A stretch of DNA of 61,708 bases, filler included, from Platydemus manokwari (taxonomy: Eukaryota), in the NCBI GenBank assembly GCA_037951405.1. It is 5 parts of 5 records of this genome, joined end to end, with 100 filler letters (N's around TTAATTAATTAA, not from the genome) between each part and the next. Parts side by side here need not be neighbours in the genome. Positions count along the whole stretch, not along the records: positions 10,643 to 22,000 come from JBBMOY010737759.1; positions 22,101 to 31,299 come from JBBMOY011284206.1; 3 more parts are not named here. One strand, written 5' to 3'. Below, in pieces: positions 13,601 to 25,799 of this stretch; the stretch's first letter is position 1; each line of letters starts with the position of its first letter. A program made the translations under genes and the position numbers. Below the pieces are notes generated by a model, which saw only the letters and a list, made by a program, of their open reading frames with translations, did no database searches and was not told where the DNA came from.

Positions 13601-16600
13601 AATAAGAGTTTATCTGAGATCTAAAGTTTGAAACTGGCAATGAAAAACTACAATTTTCAGAACAGTCTTTTATATACCTGACAACAAAGATAATCAAATA
13701 AAGCGAGTTGTCTCGGCACATTGTCAATAAAAACTTTTGAGGAAGAGATAACAAGTCTTGGAGCGAGAAGATTCTCCAAGATCCAATTAAGTTTATCCAA
13801 TAGAAATACTTGTTCCTCTGACAACTCACTCCTTGCGGGATCCATTACGAAAGAATTTTGTTTACCAACATTGGCAATGAAGGCAAGCCAATGATCGTTA
13901 TTCCAATGTATCAGCCAAAGAACTGCCGAAACGGGAAAGAATCATAGAATAAATCCAACTTACAGCGGGCAAAAGCTATAGCAGGAGGAGGCGGAATGAA
14001 AACTATACCTTTCCTACCAGACAATCGAAGGCTGATATAACCTTCAATCTCTGGCCCGCCTAGTCATTCTGAAGGACGACCGTCTTCCCCTAATTTTAAT
14101 GATATCAATATTTCGTCATTTAAAGTCAAAGATTCACAAGTTTTTCCTGAATAGTGAATTATGTGAATTGTAATGTGACTTGAAATTAACAATATTTCCT
14201 ACAAAATCACAATGACAAGTTATTTCAAGATTATTAATATCTATCAGATTATGAATTGTAGCAAAGTGTTTACGTACCCCTGTAATATTAGCATTACTGG
14301 GCATGACAAAAGATTTCTTTATGTTTTGATACAAACAGCACAAAGCCTTTGAGTTAGAGGAAGCCGTAAAGATATTCATGACTGGCATCTGAGAAATAGT
14401 AAATAGATCTGTTATTTCAATATCAGAAACTGGAATAGAGTTATTAGTTCCACCAAAATTTTTAAAAACATTCATATGTAATTTTAAGTCTTGGAAATCC
14501 ACAACTGAAGGGTAGTAAGATGAAAGAGTCCAAAATAATTTGTACACCATAGAGTTAAAGTTACAACTGCTGAAGAGATAAATGTCATCATTATCACCTA
14601 AGTCTGAGAACGAAATGTGGCTTTTTCAATGGTCTGTTATGCACTCGTCAATTATATTATCGAGTAAGCAACCAAGGAGCCTATCACCAAATTGATTAGT
14701 TGAATTTGGTATCATTTTTTAAATACCAACATGAGGTACAATAGCAGAGCTATGATTATCATTTGTGAGAACAAAGTCAATCATACTATAAAACTTTGTG
14801 TCCAACGAAACATCAACTACCTCACTTATAATCTTATCTATCGAATAATCATTCTCAAAATTATAAGAAATCAACATCTTCAAACTGGGCTTGCAGCAAT
14901 CACTGCAACTGCACAAATAAATATATCAAGATTTATTTCAACTTGCTCAAATTACTCTCATAGCAAGTTTCGATCTATCTTACACATTGTCTACGAAAAA
15001 CTATTCCTTCAAGAGAGACGTTCCTCAACAACAGATCACGATTAAATCTTCGGAATGTACTTGCACTTATAGACACACCGGAGATCTCCCTACAAGCCTT
15101 AGATAACCAATCGAATCAATACGAACAACCGCACGCTCTCGCCTCAAGTAAATTGTAGGTTTATCTTTCCTCGAAAGTCAAACCTCAGTGTAAGAAATCT
15201 GCACAGAAATCGAAGCAAAATTTGCTAATGTGATTGGATTCGGAACTTGTAACCCTTTTCTTTAACTTCGCCCTATTAAACAGTGTGGAAAATTTTTCAG
15301 CATATTTTATTAAACAATCTAAACACTTGTGATTCAAATATCCTATCATTAATCTCATTTCAACTCTCTTTCCCTTATTTCCTATAATCAATCTTGTACG
15401 TTAATCACTAACAAACTGATTATTCGGATGTAACTTGGAGTAAGTTCTCTCCACACTGAACTTACAAATTCTACAGTAGCTCAACCACCTATCAGGGAAA
15501 ACAAGCAAATCACAAAGACTAACTCGATCAGCAATAAAACTATTATTTTTTAAAATTTGCTTAGAGTTAATAAAGGATCGACCAAGCACAGAGCCAGTAA
15601 CAATAGTTTTAATGGGTCCCTCCACTACTCCATTGGAGCTTGAAGAATTCTCCTGAGTCCCTTGTCCGGACTCTGGAGTTGGTCGACCTATAAGGTGACT
15701 TGCCACAAGACCTTCCTTCTCCATGGTACGAATCGGATTACCATCGTCACTAGCTCTTTCATCATCATTAGTTTTAATAACTTTGTGCTTAATATGCTTC
15801 TTTTTCCTTGCATATTTAACTTTGGTGATCGGTTCTATATTTTTCATATGATCACTAAAGTCAATAGGCGCAATTGGTTTGGCGCGACGACCGATTTGAC
15901 CACTAATTACACCAACCTTATTGCTAGCATTAATATTAATTGAATGTATGCGGCCGCCGTCTTTAACAATACTGTTCTTATTAATCACATAGTTTAAGTC
16001 CCCTTCATTTACTATAGGTGAGGTACATTTAAACGTAGTTATAGAGGTATATTTATAAATGTCAGTCTGTATACATTTATTTATTAACCCTTCACCTTCT
16101 TCTGGATCTCTTTCTCGCCTGTGGGTAAAATTTATAACAATTTATAACATAAGCTCTCTATCACTACCCTAAATAAATACGTAAATGAGGTATCAAAAAC
16201 TGGAGTACCAGTTGGGGGATTAATGCCAACACTGGTCTCGACATTATAATGACCAGACCGAGGGATAAGTGCCTGGTTGATCCTTATATAATGACAATTA
16301 ATACCCATATCCTGTTTCAAAACATTACAGCAGTACGCTCTTTCAGTGTCCAAATCCACTTGTTCACTTTCGTTATGACAAGCATACGCATATCTACCAC
16401 TAAACTTCAAGGTAGGGGGACTATCACCAATCCATTTATTCTTCCCGTGAACCTAGCTGAAATAGAATTATTAACAAAAAAGTTATCATTGTGGTGAGAT
16501 TTACCACTCGAAATCTTGGTATTATTAAAATCGTTATTAATAGTCACATTATATACATTGAAATCTTTCCATAGAATTGGACACATGGAACCCGTCAAGG

Positions 16601-17000
16601 TTTCAGGTTCTCCAGTGGTTTTTCTCTTATCATTATCAGGTAAGTTTAAAGTGGAAAGTTAGTTATGCAAACTTTCCACTTTTCCCTGTGCAAAATTATG
16701 AGTACCATGTTCCGTAAATTTAACCGGAAGGTTAAACTTACTCGGCATAGTGAGACTATTATTGGCGCTACTTTGAGTGCCTTTACTAATGAAATGAATC
16801 TGTTCGGGGACTTTAGCCAATATTTTAGAGTTATAATTACTTAATTCATTATTAATTCTAATTTTAAAAATTTTGTCCAAAATTTCGGGAATCTTTTTCT
16901 TAAATCGATCACGCGGGACGTTATCAATTTTATTAGTCTCCCTAATTACAGTTCTTAAACTTTTCTGTTAATTTCTTTGGGTTAATTCACTCCTTGTTCA
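10700..17000 (-). mobile_element. RLE (R2-superfamily, NeSL-type layout) non-LTR retrotransposon, one long disrupted ORF
   Basis: 5' to 3' on minus: Cys/His zinc-finger-like segments (YCRICKF; KHFATIH...CHCDF...SHYNSH), Ulp1-like segment (13657-14080), RT motifs (KNSP.GNDG, WLAPKDAFPSL, KGVKQGCPL, LACADNL, FNPSKC, GGLGL), CCHC CRRCGTAVDHVLNHC (~11325-11375), endonuclease RPDL...LVDLKVP...KYEDL...GLWDPQN (~10975-11205). Ends approximate. Confidence 0.88.
13657..14080 (-). pseudogene. Ulp1/C48-like cysteine protease domain within the RLE retroelement
   Basis: E*LGGPEIEGYI (like WLNDEVINFY, with W changed to stop), LIHWNNDHWLAFIA (catalytic HW), MDP (like D-S/P), NVPRQ (like PxQ), in the expected order upstream of RT; the DCG catalytic Cys motif is not cleanly preserved. 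Confidence 0.6.
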
Positions 17001-17582
17001 GAATTTTGCAAAAGTCGATTAAATAAGGAACTAATGACCCCTAATTTATTTTATTTGATATTTTTTATTACTTAACTATGTGAATTTATTATATGGTGTT
17101 GTTTCATCATTACCCAAAAATAATTAGCACCAATATCTGTTATAAATAATGCTTCTTAAAATATTTATTCATGCTGACGGGTTGTTCATATCGTTTCAAT
17201 TTATGCTTTGCAAATTCGGTTTAATTAGATTCTTCGACATCTTTTTGAAATTTATATTCTCCTAGATAATTATAATGGTCTATATTATCATTAATAATTA
17301 TTTTATTAGCTTTGACATAACTTTTTACCAAGTACTGATTAAATTTAACCCCCAAATTTACTGTTCTCATATTACATACATTGATTGATCTGTAAATAAT
17401 CGTAAGTTTATATTTGCTACTTTTAACACAGATTTTTAAATTAAAGACGATGAGAAAACATAATGAGCAAGCTTTAAATCTCTTTGTTTAACATGATCAT
17501 TTCGGAAAATTTCCATTTTATCAGCTAATGTATGAAATTGTGTTATCCCATAATGTTTTGCAATGGAATTTGTTTTAAACAT

Positions 17583-17640
17583 TGTAAGCCGCTACTATTT
17601 TATAAAATAAGCATCGAAAACGAACTGAAAAAACTCGACA
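17583..17640 (+). repeat. Dispersed repeat, related copy at 49423-49478
   Basis: TAAGCCGCTACTATTTTATAAAA versus TAAGTCGCTACTATTTTATAAAA, followed by similar GC..GAAAA..TGAAAA sequence. Confidence 0.6.
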
Positions 17641-18303
17641 TTCAATTCTATTTTAAAGACAATTATTTAAACAAATAATGAAAATTTAATACCAAATTTA
17701 ATTCAATATAAATTTAAAATCAATGAAAATTTTAATTCAATATAAAATCAAATTAAATTTAAAATCAAATTCAATACAACATTAAATTCAACATAAAACT
17801 CAATTCAATATAAATTAAATTCTATACTAATACAAATTGAATTCAAATTGATATTCTCACAATGATATTTATCATTTCTTTATAAAGTTTAAACTCGGCG
17901 GTAAAAATATAGTTCTGATGAAGATATAATATAATGATAATATATAAATATATTATCATTAATAAGATATGAATAACTCGATAAATTCAGATATCAACCA
18001 GAAAATCAAGTCCGATTATCTCACATAAAGTCTTGTTTAGTTATATCCGAATTTCTAAACATCAAATAGTGATATTTCTCACTCAAATAAATTATTAACA
18101 ATGAGTCCAAGACAGAAATATAATAAATATTGAATACAATAAAATAACTCGCGTTTATCAATTTATTTTCTGTTTTCATCTAATAAATTCAAAAATTTAA
18201 AACAATATTTTGTGAATAATAAGATCTTATAAAATATAATTATATTTTGATTATAAACGTTGTTACTGAATGTTTGATTAACATAATCATCGGTTTGAAA
18301 TAA

Positions 18304-19688
18304 TTATTTTGTTGGTTTTTGAGGTCTTTTTGATTCATCAACTGATAAACTCGACAATGGATTACCGTTTCTATGATAATTTTTAAATTTTGTTTTAAAT
18401 CTCTCTACAATAAATGATCAAATATATTGATTTTAAATTTAAAAGAAAACTTACCGATACACTCACTCACTGGACCACCGAGTCCACCGAATTCAGTTGG
18501 TAAGATTTTTTCCATTCCAGGATTTTTTTCAATGACTTTTGAGAAATCATTTTTTGCTCGAATTACCTGAATGTTTAGATTGTCGATAAAATATATGATA
18601 AGGAAATATGATGAAGATAAATTATATTATAGTGAAAGTAATAACAAGTATTTATAAATATTATAGTGTGAAATATAAAATAATAAAATTAAAAATGATT
18701 ATCAATGATAGATAATAAATATAATAATAATTTATAAAAATAAATATAATAACAGATTCGAATGAGAACATAAGTAATGAAAAACTATTTAATGAAAAAT
18801 GAAGAATTATATACTCGGCTTTTTATTTTTTCATTCATAAAGAAATGCAAAATATTCACAAATATATCGAATAGTAACGGCCCATTTGAAAATATGATTC
18901 CCTTCACTCTTATTGGATAAGAATTCTGCAGATCATTATTTTATAAATATCGTTTTAATTAATAAATAACTTGTATCATTCCTAAGATGTTCTTTAAATA
19001 TCTCGGTTGACAAGCCGCTAAAAGAGTTTTCCGCGAAACATTCTCTCCATTAAACACCATTGTTATCCCATGAATCTGAGATTCCTCTTCGGCCATTATC
19101 ATATCACCAATCATGAAGAAAATGTTAACAGCTTGTTGGAAATTAACTTTATCAGGATTCCAATATCCTTTATCCCAAGATATTATTTTATAATTTATAA
19201 TTAATCTCATACTAGCTACCATTAATACTATAATTTCACCATTATCGTCTTTTCCCAGTGGTAGAAATGTACTACAAATATAATGAATTTAATAATGTTT
19301 AATCCATCATTAATTTTGATACCCTGAATCCAAATATTCATCAATAATTGACTCATCAATTTGTTTGAATAAATGCGGACATCCTCGAATCGAACCACGA
19401 CCTGTACAAAAGTTATCCAATCGTTTTTCGGCTTTTCTGTGATCGAATTTAGCAACACGTAAAAATCTCAACAAGAATTCAGCATCTAATTAAGTAATCT
19501 TCAAGAAATCACGATTATTAACCAGTGATGAAACCTGTTGGACAATTGAGGTGAGGCATCGATTTAACCCATCTTCTGAAACTCTCAATATGAGCATTGA
19601 CTTGTGATGGATTCTCATTCAAATTATCAATGGCGAATTGTTTCGATTTGTTACTGATTTTATCATATACATAAAGACGTAAAGACAT
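18304..19688 (-). CDS. CRAL-TRIO (SEC14-like) lipid-binding protein, alpha-tocopherol transfer protein/clavesin-like; 7 exons: 19688-19535, 19485-19323, 19271-19213, 19167-18971, 18925-18815, 18566-18455, 18404-18304
   Basis: All introns GT-AG and phase-compatible; motifs DAEFLLRFLRVAKF, EESQIHG, YPIRVKGI, ILPTEFGG, C-terminal SVDESKRP; ATG to TAA with no internal stop. Confidence 0.92.
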
Positions 19689-20419
19689 CAGTGATTTTTG
19701 TATAATTTCTAAGCTGCTTAATCTGCTAAAATGACGAAAAAAAACAATACTTATTCACAAACAAAATGTCAGTTTAAAGCAAGGTGGAGTGAAAAAAATA
19801 CAACTCGGTAAAGGCGATGAATGTACTTTAATCTTATTAATATAAACAATAATAGTGTGTCTATTCGCATCAATGATCTCTAATTAAATAAGTGTGTAAA
19901 GCAAAACCAAAACTCTAAAAGTTAATCTTATTTGGAACGTGTTGATTGTGATTTATTTTTATCTCTGTGTGTATACTTATTGTTTATTTGCCAAAATTTT
20001 TTTGAGTTGTACCACATGACTACATCCATTGTGAGTGAGTTCACGACTTTTCAATCAATTTACATACAAGCTTAAAGGAAATATGACAAATTAAAGAATC
20101 TCTGTAAATCTTGTTTACGATTAAATACTTTTTCTAATCATCATAAACTTTTAAATAAAATTACAACCAACTATTAGTTTTGTGTTGTTTATTTCATACA
20201 TTATAATTTAAATAATAAGCTATGGAGTGTTACTATTGCATTGAATTCAACTCTGCAACTTTATAGCTTTGGTAGTGTTCAAGACTTTTTTTAAAAATAA
20301 TAATAATGTTGGGTTTTAGGAGTATAGACAATTTTTAAATAACTGCAACAACCGAACGAAAATAGTGTGCTAATTTGTGTGTCAATGTTCAATATTTATA
20401 GGTGTAATAAAAGGATTTT

Positions 20420-21960
20420 TGCATGAAAATTGGTATGGAATATTTTATGTAAATTCAGGAAGCTGTATGGACTAGAGAAATAAAATATATTATAAATTAA
20501 ACCTGATAAATATAAAATTTCAAATGAATGTTAAGATTATTTTGCAAAATATAAATCAGAATATAAATGAATACAATTATATTACAATAGCATTAAGTTC
20601 AGATCAAACATTAAAAATAGGAGAAGATCCAATTAATGGAGATCAATTATTAGCATAAATCAAAGATTTTCCACAGAAACTGGATAATAATTTGTTAAAG
20701 ATTAAAGGTAGTGGTTGGAATATATTTGAATTAGGAAACATAAAAATAAACATTTCAAAGATAAATGTGTTATCTGGAAGTAATTATATACCTTTACCTT
20801 TTGTCTCTAATAATATAGTTAATGTAGAAAATTGTGGTAGCAAATGTTTTTTGTATTAAATACCAGCTCATTTATATTCAATGGATGGGAAAAGACGTCC
20901 AGATAGACTAGGTCATTATCCTAAACATATAAAAGAATTAAATCCAGAGATAACCAAATTTCCCACACCTATAAATAAGATTAAAAAAAATTGTAACGAA
21001 CAATAATTTTAAAATAAATGTTTATGGAATAAAAAATATAAATAAGGAAAAAAGGAGAAAGAAAAAACTATAGATTATTTCTAATTAATATTTCTAAAAA
21101 AGAAGAATATAATCGGGACATTAAGTTGTTATATTTAGAAAAAATCTGGTGTAACTCATTATTCTCTCATTAAAAACTTTAAACGATTTATAATTGGAGA
21201 ATTACATTATTAATTAAGACAAAATCAAAAACTTAATATCTGTGATAAATGTTGTTCTTACTTTGTAAAAGAAACTGGTTTTGAAAATCACCAATGAATA
21301 TGTGGAAAAGACTGAAAGGAAATAACAAAAATAGTTATGCCAAGTAAGAAAGATAATAGAAATTAGCGAAGTTCCGCCAATGGGAATATTCTAAGGTTTG
21401 AAAATTATAAACATCAAATACATCTTCCTTTTATAATAGTTACAGTTGTAGAATGTGTAAATATTCCAAAAGAAAAACAAGAAGGAAAAAATACTGAAAT
21501 TATAATCAACCAAATTCGTTTTCGTGTTTATTTAAAATTAATTTCAAGATATCTTAATGAAATAGAAAATGAAAGTAAATTATTTCATAGAGGGATTTTT
21601 ATTAAGGAATTTAGTAATTGGGTTGTAGAAAATGAAAATAGATTCGAATTATAACTAGAAACAAAATTTGAAATTAATATGAAAGAACAAGACAAAATAA
21701 ATTATAATAATTATATTAATTGTATTTATTGTGAAAAGAAATTTACTGAAATAAATATTTGGAAAAAGGCGATTAGTGATTTGTTATTGCGTGATCCAAT
21801 GCTAACAATGAACCCAGTAATTTAAGTTATATATCATGATCATTTTCTCAAAGAAAGCAATTATAAAGGAGTCGCTTGTGAAAAATATAATTTATTAGCT
21901 AGGAAACCAAAAAATGTTCTGTTACATTTTTATAATGGATCTAAAATAGCTGGCTAAGAA
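20420..21960 (+). mobile_element. Polinton/Maverick (adintovirus-like) protein-primed DNA polymerase B relic, N-terminal half
   Basis: Frameshifted translation gives KGSGW, GSNYIPLP, IVNVENCGSKCFLY, KFPTP, KINVYG, HYSLIKNF, ICDKCCSYF, LRFENYKHQIHLPFII, CIYCEKKF, YHDHF..YKGVAC, LHFYNGS: the ordered motif series of Polinton pPolB with its Endo VII-like insert. Cut by the gap at 22001. Confidence 0.8.
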
Positions 21961-22000
21961 ATCTGTGAAAAATCGAAAAATATTACCATTAACAGAAGAC

Positions 22001-22100
22001 NNNNNNNNNNNNNNNNNNNNNNNNNNNNNNNNNNNNNNNNNNNNTTAATTAATTAANNNNNNNNNNNNNNNNNNNNNNNNNNNNNNNNNNNNNNNNNNNN
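22001..22100. other. Assembly spacer 44N-TTAATTAATTAA-44N
   Basis: Seen directly. Confidence 0.97.
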
Positions 22101-22743
22101 ATTGTTTAATCCTTAATAATAATAATAATTAATATTATAATAAAAGATCTTACATAATAACAATCTTTTAAATTTCATATAAAATACTTTCGTCCCTTTT
22201 TCAAAAAAATAAAATTTACGAAAATTATCTTATTAATGTTATTAAAAATGAAAAGATGAAAACAAAATCGACAATGTTTTGCATATTAATTTGATTGATC
22301 TAATTGTTTTTTTCTCTGACATTAACAGAAACTTTTTTTCAGATAATTGTGCAGTTATCAATCATCAGGTTCCACAAATTTATGAATTGTCTACTTATTT
22401 CTTATCTCTTCAATTATTATTTAAATTATCATTCAACAATATAATTCTTTATAAAAATTTAATTATTTTTATCCCATTATCTCGGAAACGTTATCGATTT
22501 CATATTAAAATCGAACTCCTCGACCATATAATTAATAAAATCGGGCTAAATCAAATGATTTTAACTTCACAAGTATTATTCTAACAACAAGTATTAAACA
22601 CATTTAGATAATTATAGAAATCATGTGCCGAATTTGAAATTCATGACAGCGATTTTGTTTATATGTTATAAATAGATTACTAAATTCATTATAAATCCAT
22701 GAACTATTCGAAATATTATTTGGTGTAGACAAACAAAAATAAC

Positions 22744-24281
22744 CTTGAACTGATCATTTAGTACAATGAGTCGTCTGATGACTTCTTTCGGGGAATTTTG
22801 TGAAGTATAATTCGATAGAAACGGTATCTGACAACTGTGCAGCTCGTAGAATATCATACCAAACGAATAAATATCTCCTTTCTGATAGGTGTACACATCG
22901 AAATTCTTAGGCATAGGATGGAATGTATTTTTGATAAACGTTTCCTTACATGGATCATCATTCAGCAGGTCGGAAAAATACTCTTCGTTTTTATTGTCCA
23001 TTGACTTCAATCTTACGGACACTAGTTTCTGCTTAAAATCGTTTAGAAATGGATTGTTATGGCATTTCAATTGAACAATATTTCGAAGAATCTCCGGCGC
23101 AGTCCAAAATAAGGACATGAAATAAATATACTCTGGCATATCGGGAGGAGGTAGCATGTAGGTTAAAAATTCTGTCATACCATAATCGGTGAGTTTTACC
23201 GTCCAGCGACTATCAACTAAACAATTTGACGATTTGAGATGGCCATGGAAGCATATATTGGGATTATCATGGAGAAAGGTCAAACCACGAATCACATCAA
23301 ATGCAAAAGAACTCAAAAATACAGGATAATCCTTTGTGAGGTTGGTGCTATAGAGAACATCTTGTAGACTGCCTCGATCACAGAATTCCCAAACGACCCA
23401 AGTATCATTATGCTCAATTATCGCTCCCATGAATTTATTTAAATTCATATCACTCATTTCCCGTAGAATTTTTAATTCTTTTTTAACGTTTCTTGTTATC
23501 GATAAAGCCGAACTGAAAAATACTCTTTTTATCAAAACTTCTTGATTTCTGTATATACCAACCAATACATTCGAGTTCGACCAATCTAATGAGGACACCA
23601 TGTCTATGTTGCAACAGCTAATGGTTATCAGAAATTTATTTTTATCTTCATCGACAGGTAAATAAACCGTGCCATTTTCAGCTTCATTGATCGGTGGCCT
23701 TGTTATGAAAGAAAATTTTTCCAATAATTCTAGACTGGTTAAATCTATTTCCTTGTTCTTGTCGATTTTCCACAAAAGTCTTTCCAATTCTCTCTCATAT
23801 TTGTTACTTCGAATAATAAAAGCCGAAACCAATACGACAACAACGAAAACAATACACAAGCCAATAGTGATCAGTATTATTTTCTCATTTGTTTTACAAA
23901 GTTCACCTTTGAATCCACATTCCGGTACATCGCGAGGTACATTACGGACCCATTTAATGTTTTTATTTGCTATGAATTTAAATTCCAAAACATTGTTCGG
24001 ATTTCGTTTGAATAATCCAATCACTTCTTTGCGCCAAAACCCATTCGGATCGATAATCATTTGTTTGACAGTATAATTGCCCGATGCACCGCCTTGATCA
24101 TCGAGACGATTCATGTAACCATAAACACTGGTGTATTGTTTGTTGATAAGTAATTGTTTCAATAACGTTCCGTTTCTTGGTGATCCAATCGTTTGATTAC
24201 GAAGAACCGTTCCCACTGCACTTGCATAAAGCCAAACGGCATCATATAGATAACTGGATTCGACGGGATCGTAGGTTCTGG
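22744..24281 (-). CDS. Receptor (membrane) guanylyl cyclase, large internal exon: end of ANF-receptor ectodomain, TM helix, kinase-homology domain
   Basis: YLYDAVWLYA, PRDVPECGFKGELC, TM IILITIGLCIVFVVVVLVSAFII, YERELERLLWKI, EFCDRGSLQDVL, HGHLKSSNCLVDSRWTVKLTDYG, WTAPE, KGDIYSFG; acceptor AG at 24283-24282, donor GT at 22743. Cyclase catalytic exons not found. Confidence 0.9.
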
Positions 24282-24739
24282 CTAGAGAATGATGAAAAAG
24301 AGGAATAAATTAATTTCCTGTAAAATACAAGTAGCAATATCAAATATCACCAATAACAAAATGATTAATATTTTATTAAAAATAAAAAATAAATCTCAAG
24401 CATTCATTGTACATTAATTTATCAAATTAAAGATGAAATACTGAGTAAAAATCTATAAGAATGTAATTATATTTGTGTTGCTTAATAATAAATACAACCT
24501 ATTAAGTTAATATTAATATTTTATCTTTATGATTAATAATAATAATAATAATTTTAAAGACAGAAATATAAAATTCAAGCAAAAACTATTTAAAATAATC
24601 CAATTCTTCTACTTGGGCCATTTCCAATAGATGGAAATTATCAAAACTGAGCTGAGAGACTGAAATCAATCAGGAAATTTTATTGACTTTCTGTTTTGTA
24701 AATAATACCATTAATTGATCTCATACACTTCTTTTCTTT

Positions 24740-25008
24740 NNNNNNNNNNNNNNNNNNNNNNNNNNNNNNNNNNNNNNNNNNNNNNNNNNNNNNNNNNNNN
24801 NNNNNNNNNNNNNNNNNNNNNNNNNNNNNNNNNNNNNNNNNNNNNNNNNNNNNNNNNNNNNNNNNNNNNNNNNNNNNNNNNNNNNNNNNNNNNNNNNNNN
24901 NNNNNNNNNNNNNNNNNNNNNNNNNNNNNNNNNNNNNNNNNNNNNNNNNNNNNNNNNNNNNNNNNNNNNNNNNNNNNNNNNNNNNNNNNNNNNNNNNNNN
25001 NNNNNNNN
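24740..25008. other. Sized assembly gap (269 N)
   Basis: Seen directly. Confidence 0.97.
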
Positions 25009-25799
25009 ATGAATTCGACAAGCCAAAATAAACATTTCTATTGCAGAAAACCTCAATGTCAATGTCTGTAAATATTAATTATATTTGATTGCTTGATAAT
25101 ATTTTATTTTATTGAAGTGTGCTATAATTATAACATTTAAAGTTTTTCATTGTCATCAGAGTCAGGTCGTGACTGCTTTTATCATCAAGTATAGACACTA
25201 AATCTTGGAAATCGTAAGAATACGTGAAACTATTTTTGAAACATGTGAAGAACAAGAGAGCTATAACGAGGTCTGAATTTGCGTTCTCTTGTGAGAACCA
25301 TTTAAAAATCGATACATTTAACTTCACGGAAGTAAATTAATTGATGAAGAAATGTGCTGTTTATGTAATTACGGGAGTCCTATTCAACACCGAGAGATTA
25401 TTTATTTGTCCATCATGCACATTGTGCGATATTTATAACTCTCACTTATTGATCAGTACATAAACAGGTACAAAACAGAATAAAAGATTGGAAATATACT
25501 ATTTTGCTCTGAATTGAAGCTTTGCAGTGTGACTGTGTGTGATAATAAATAAAATCCTCAGACAATGGTTACCATCGTTAAAATCTCAATCTTAAATTAT
25601 GTCTAGCTGAAGGCTTTTCCGTTTTTATTTTCTGGAATAAATTAACTAATAGGGGGGGGCGAAAATTTGGGAAACAGTGAGAGAGTGTATTTCAAAACTT
25701 CAAAATGTAACCAATGAAATTAATTGATTTTATCGATCGAATTTTTTTGTTTAACTAGATTCCCACAATTCTATTATAAGTCGACGGAAAACAATTCCC

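Noticed and set aside
16900-17100. Possible HDV-like ribozyme or U2/SL target at the retroelement 5' end
   Set aside because: No nested double pseudoknot or snRNA/SL sequence recognisable by eye.
22774-22800. CTGATGA followed by a small hairpin
   Set aside because: Antisense of cyclase coding sequence; no GAAA box or stem I/III.
22889-24076. Plus-strand ORFs inside the guanylyl cyclase exon
   Set aside because: Antisense shadows of a real coding exon.
24680-25071. ORFs made mostly of X
   Set aside because: Artefacts of translating the N gap.
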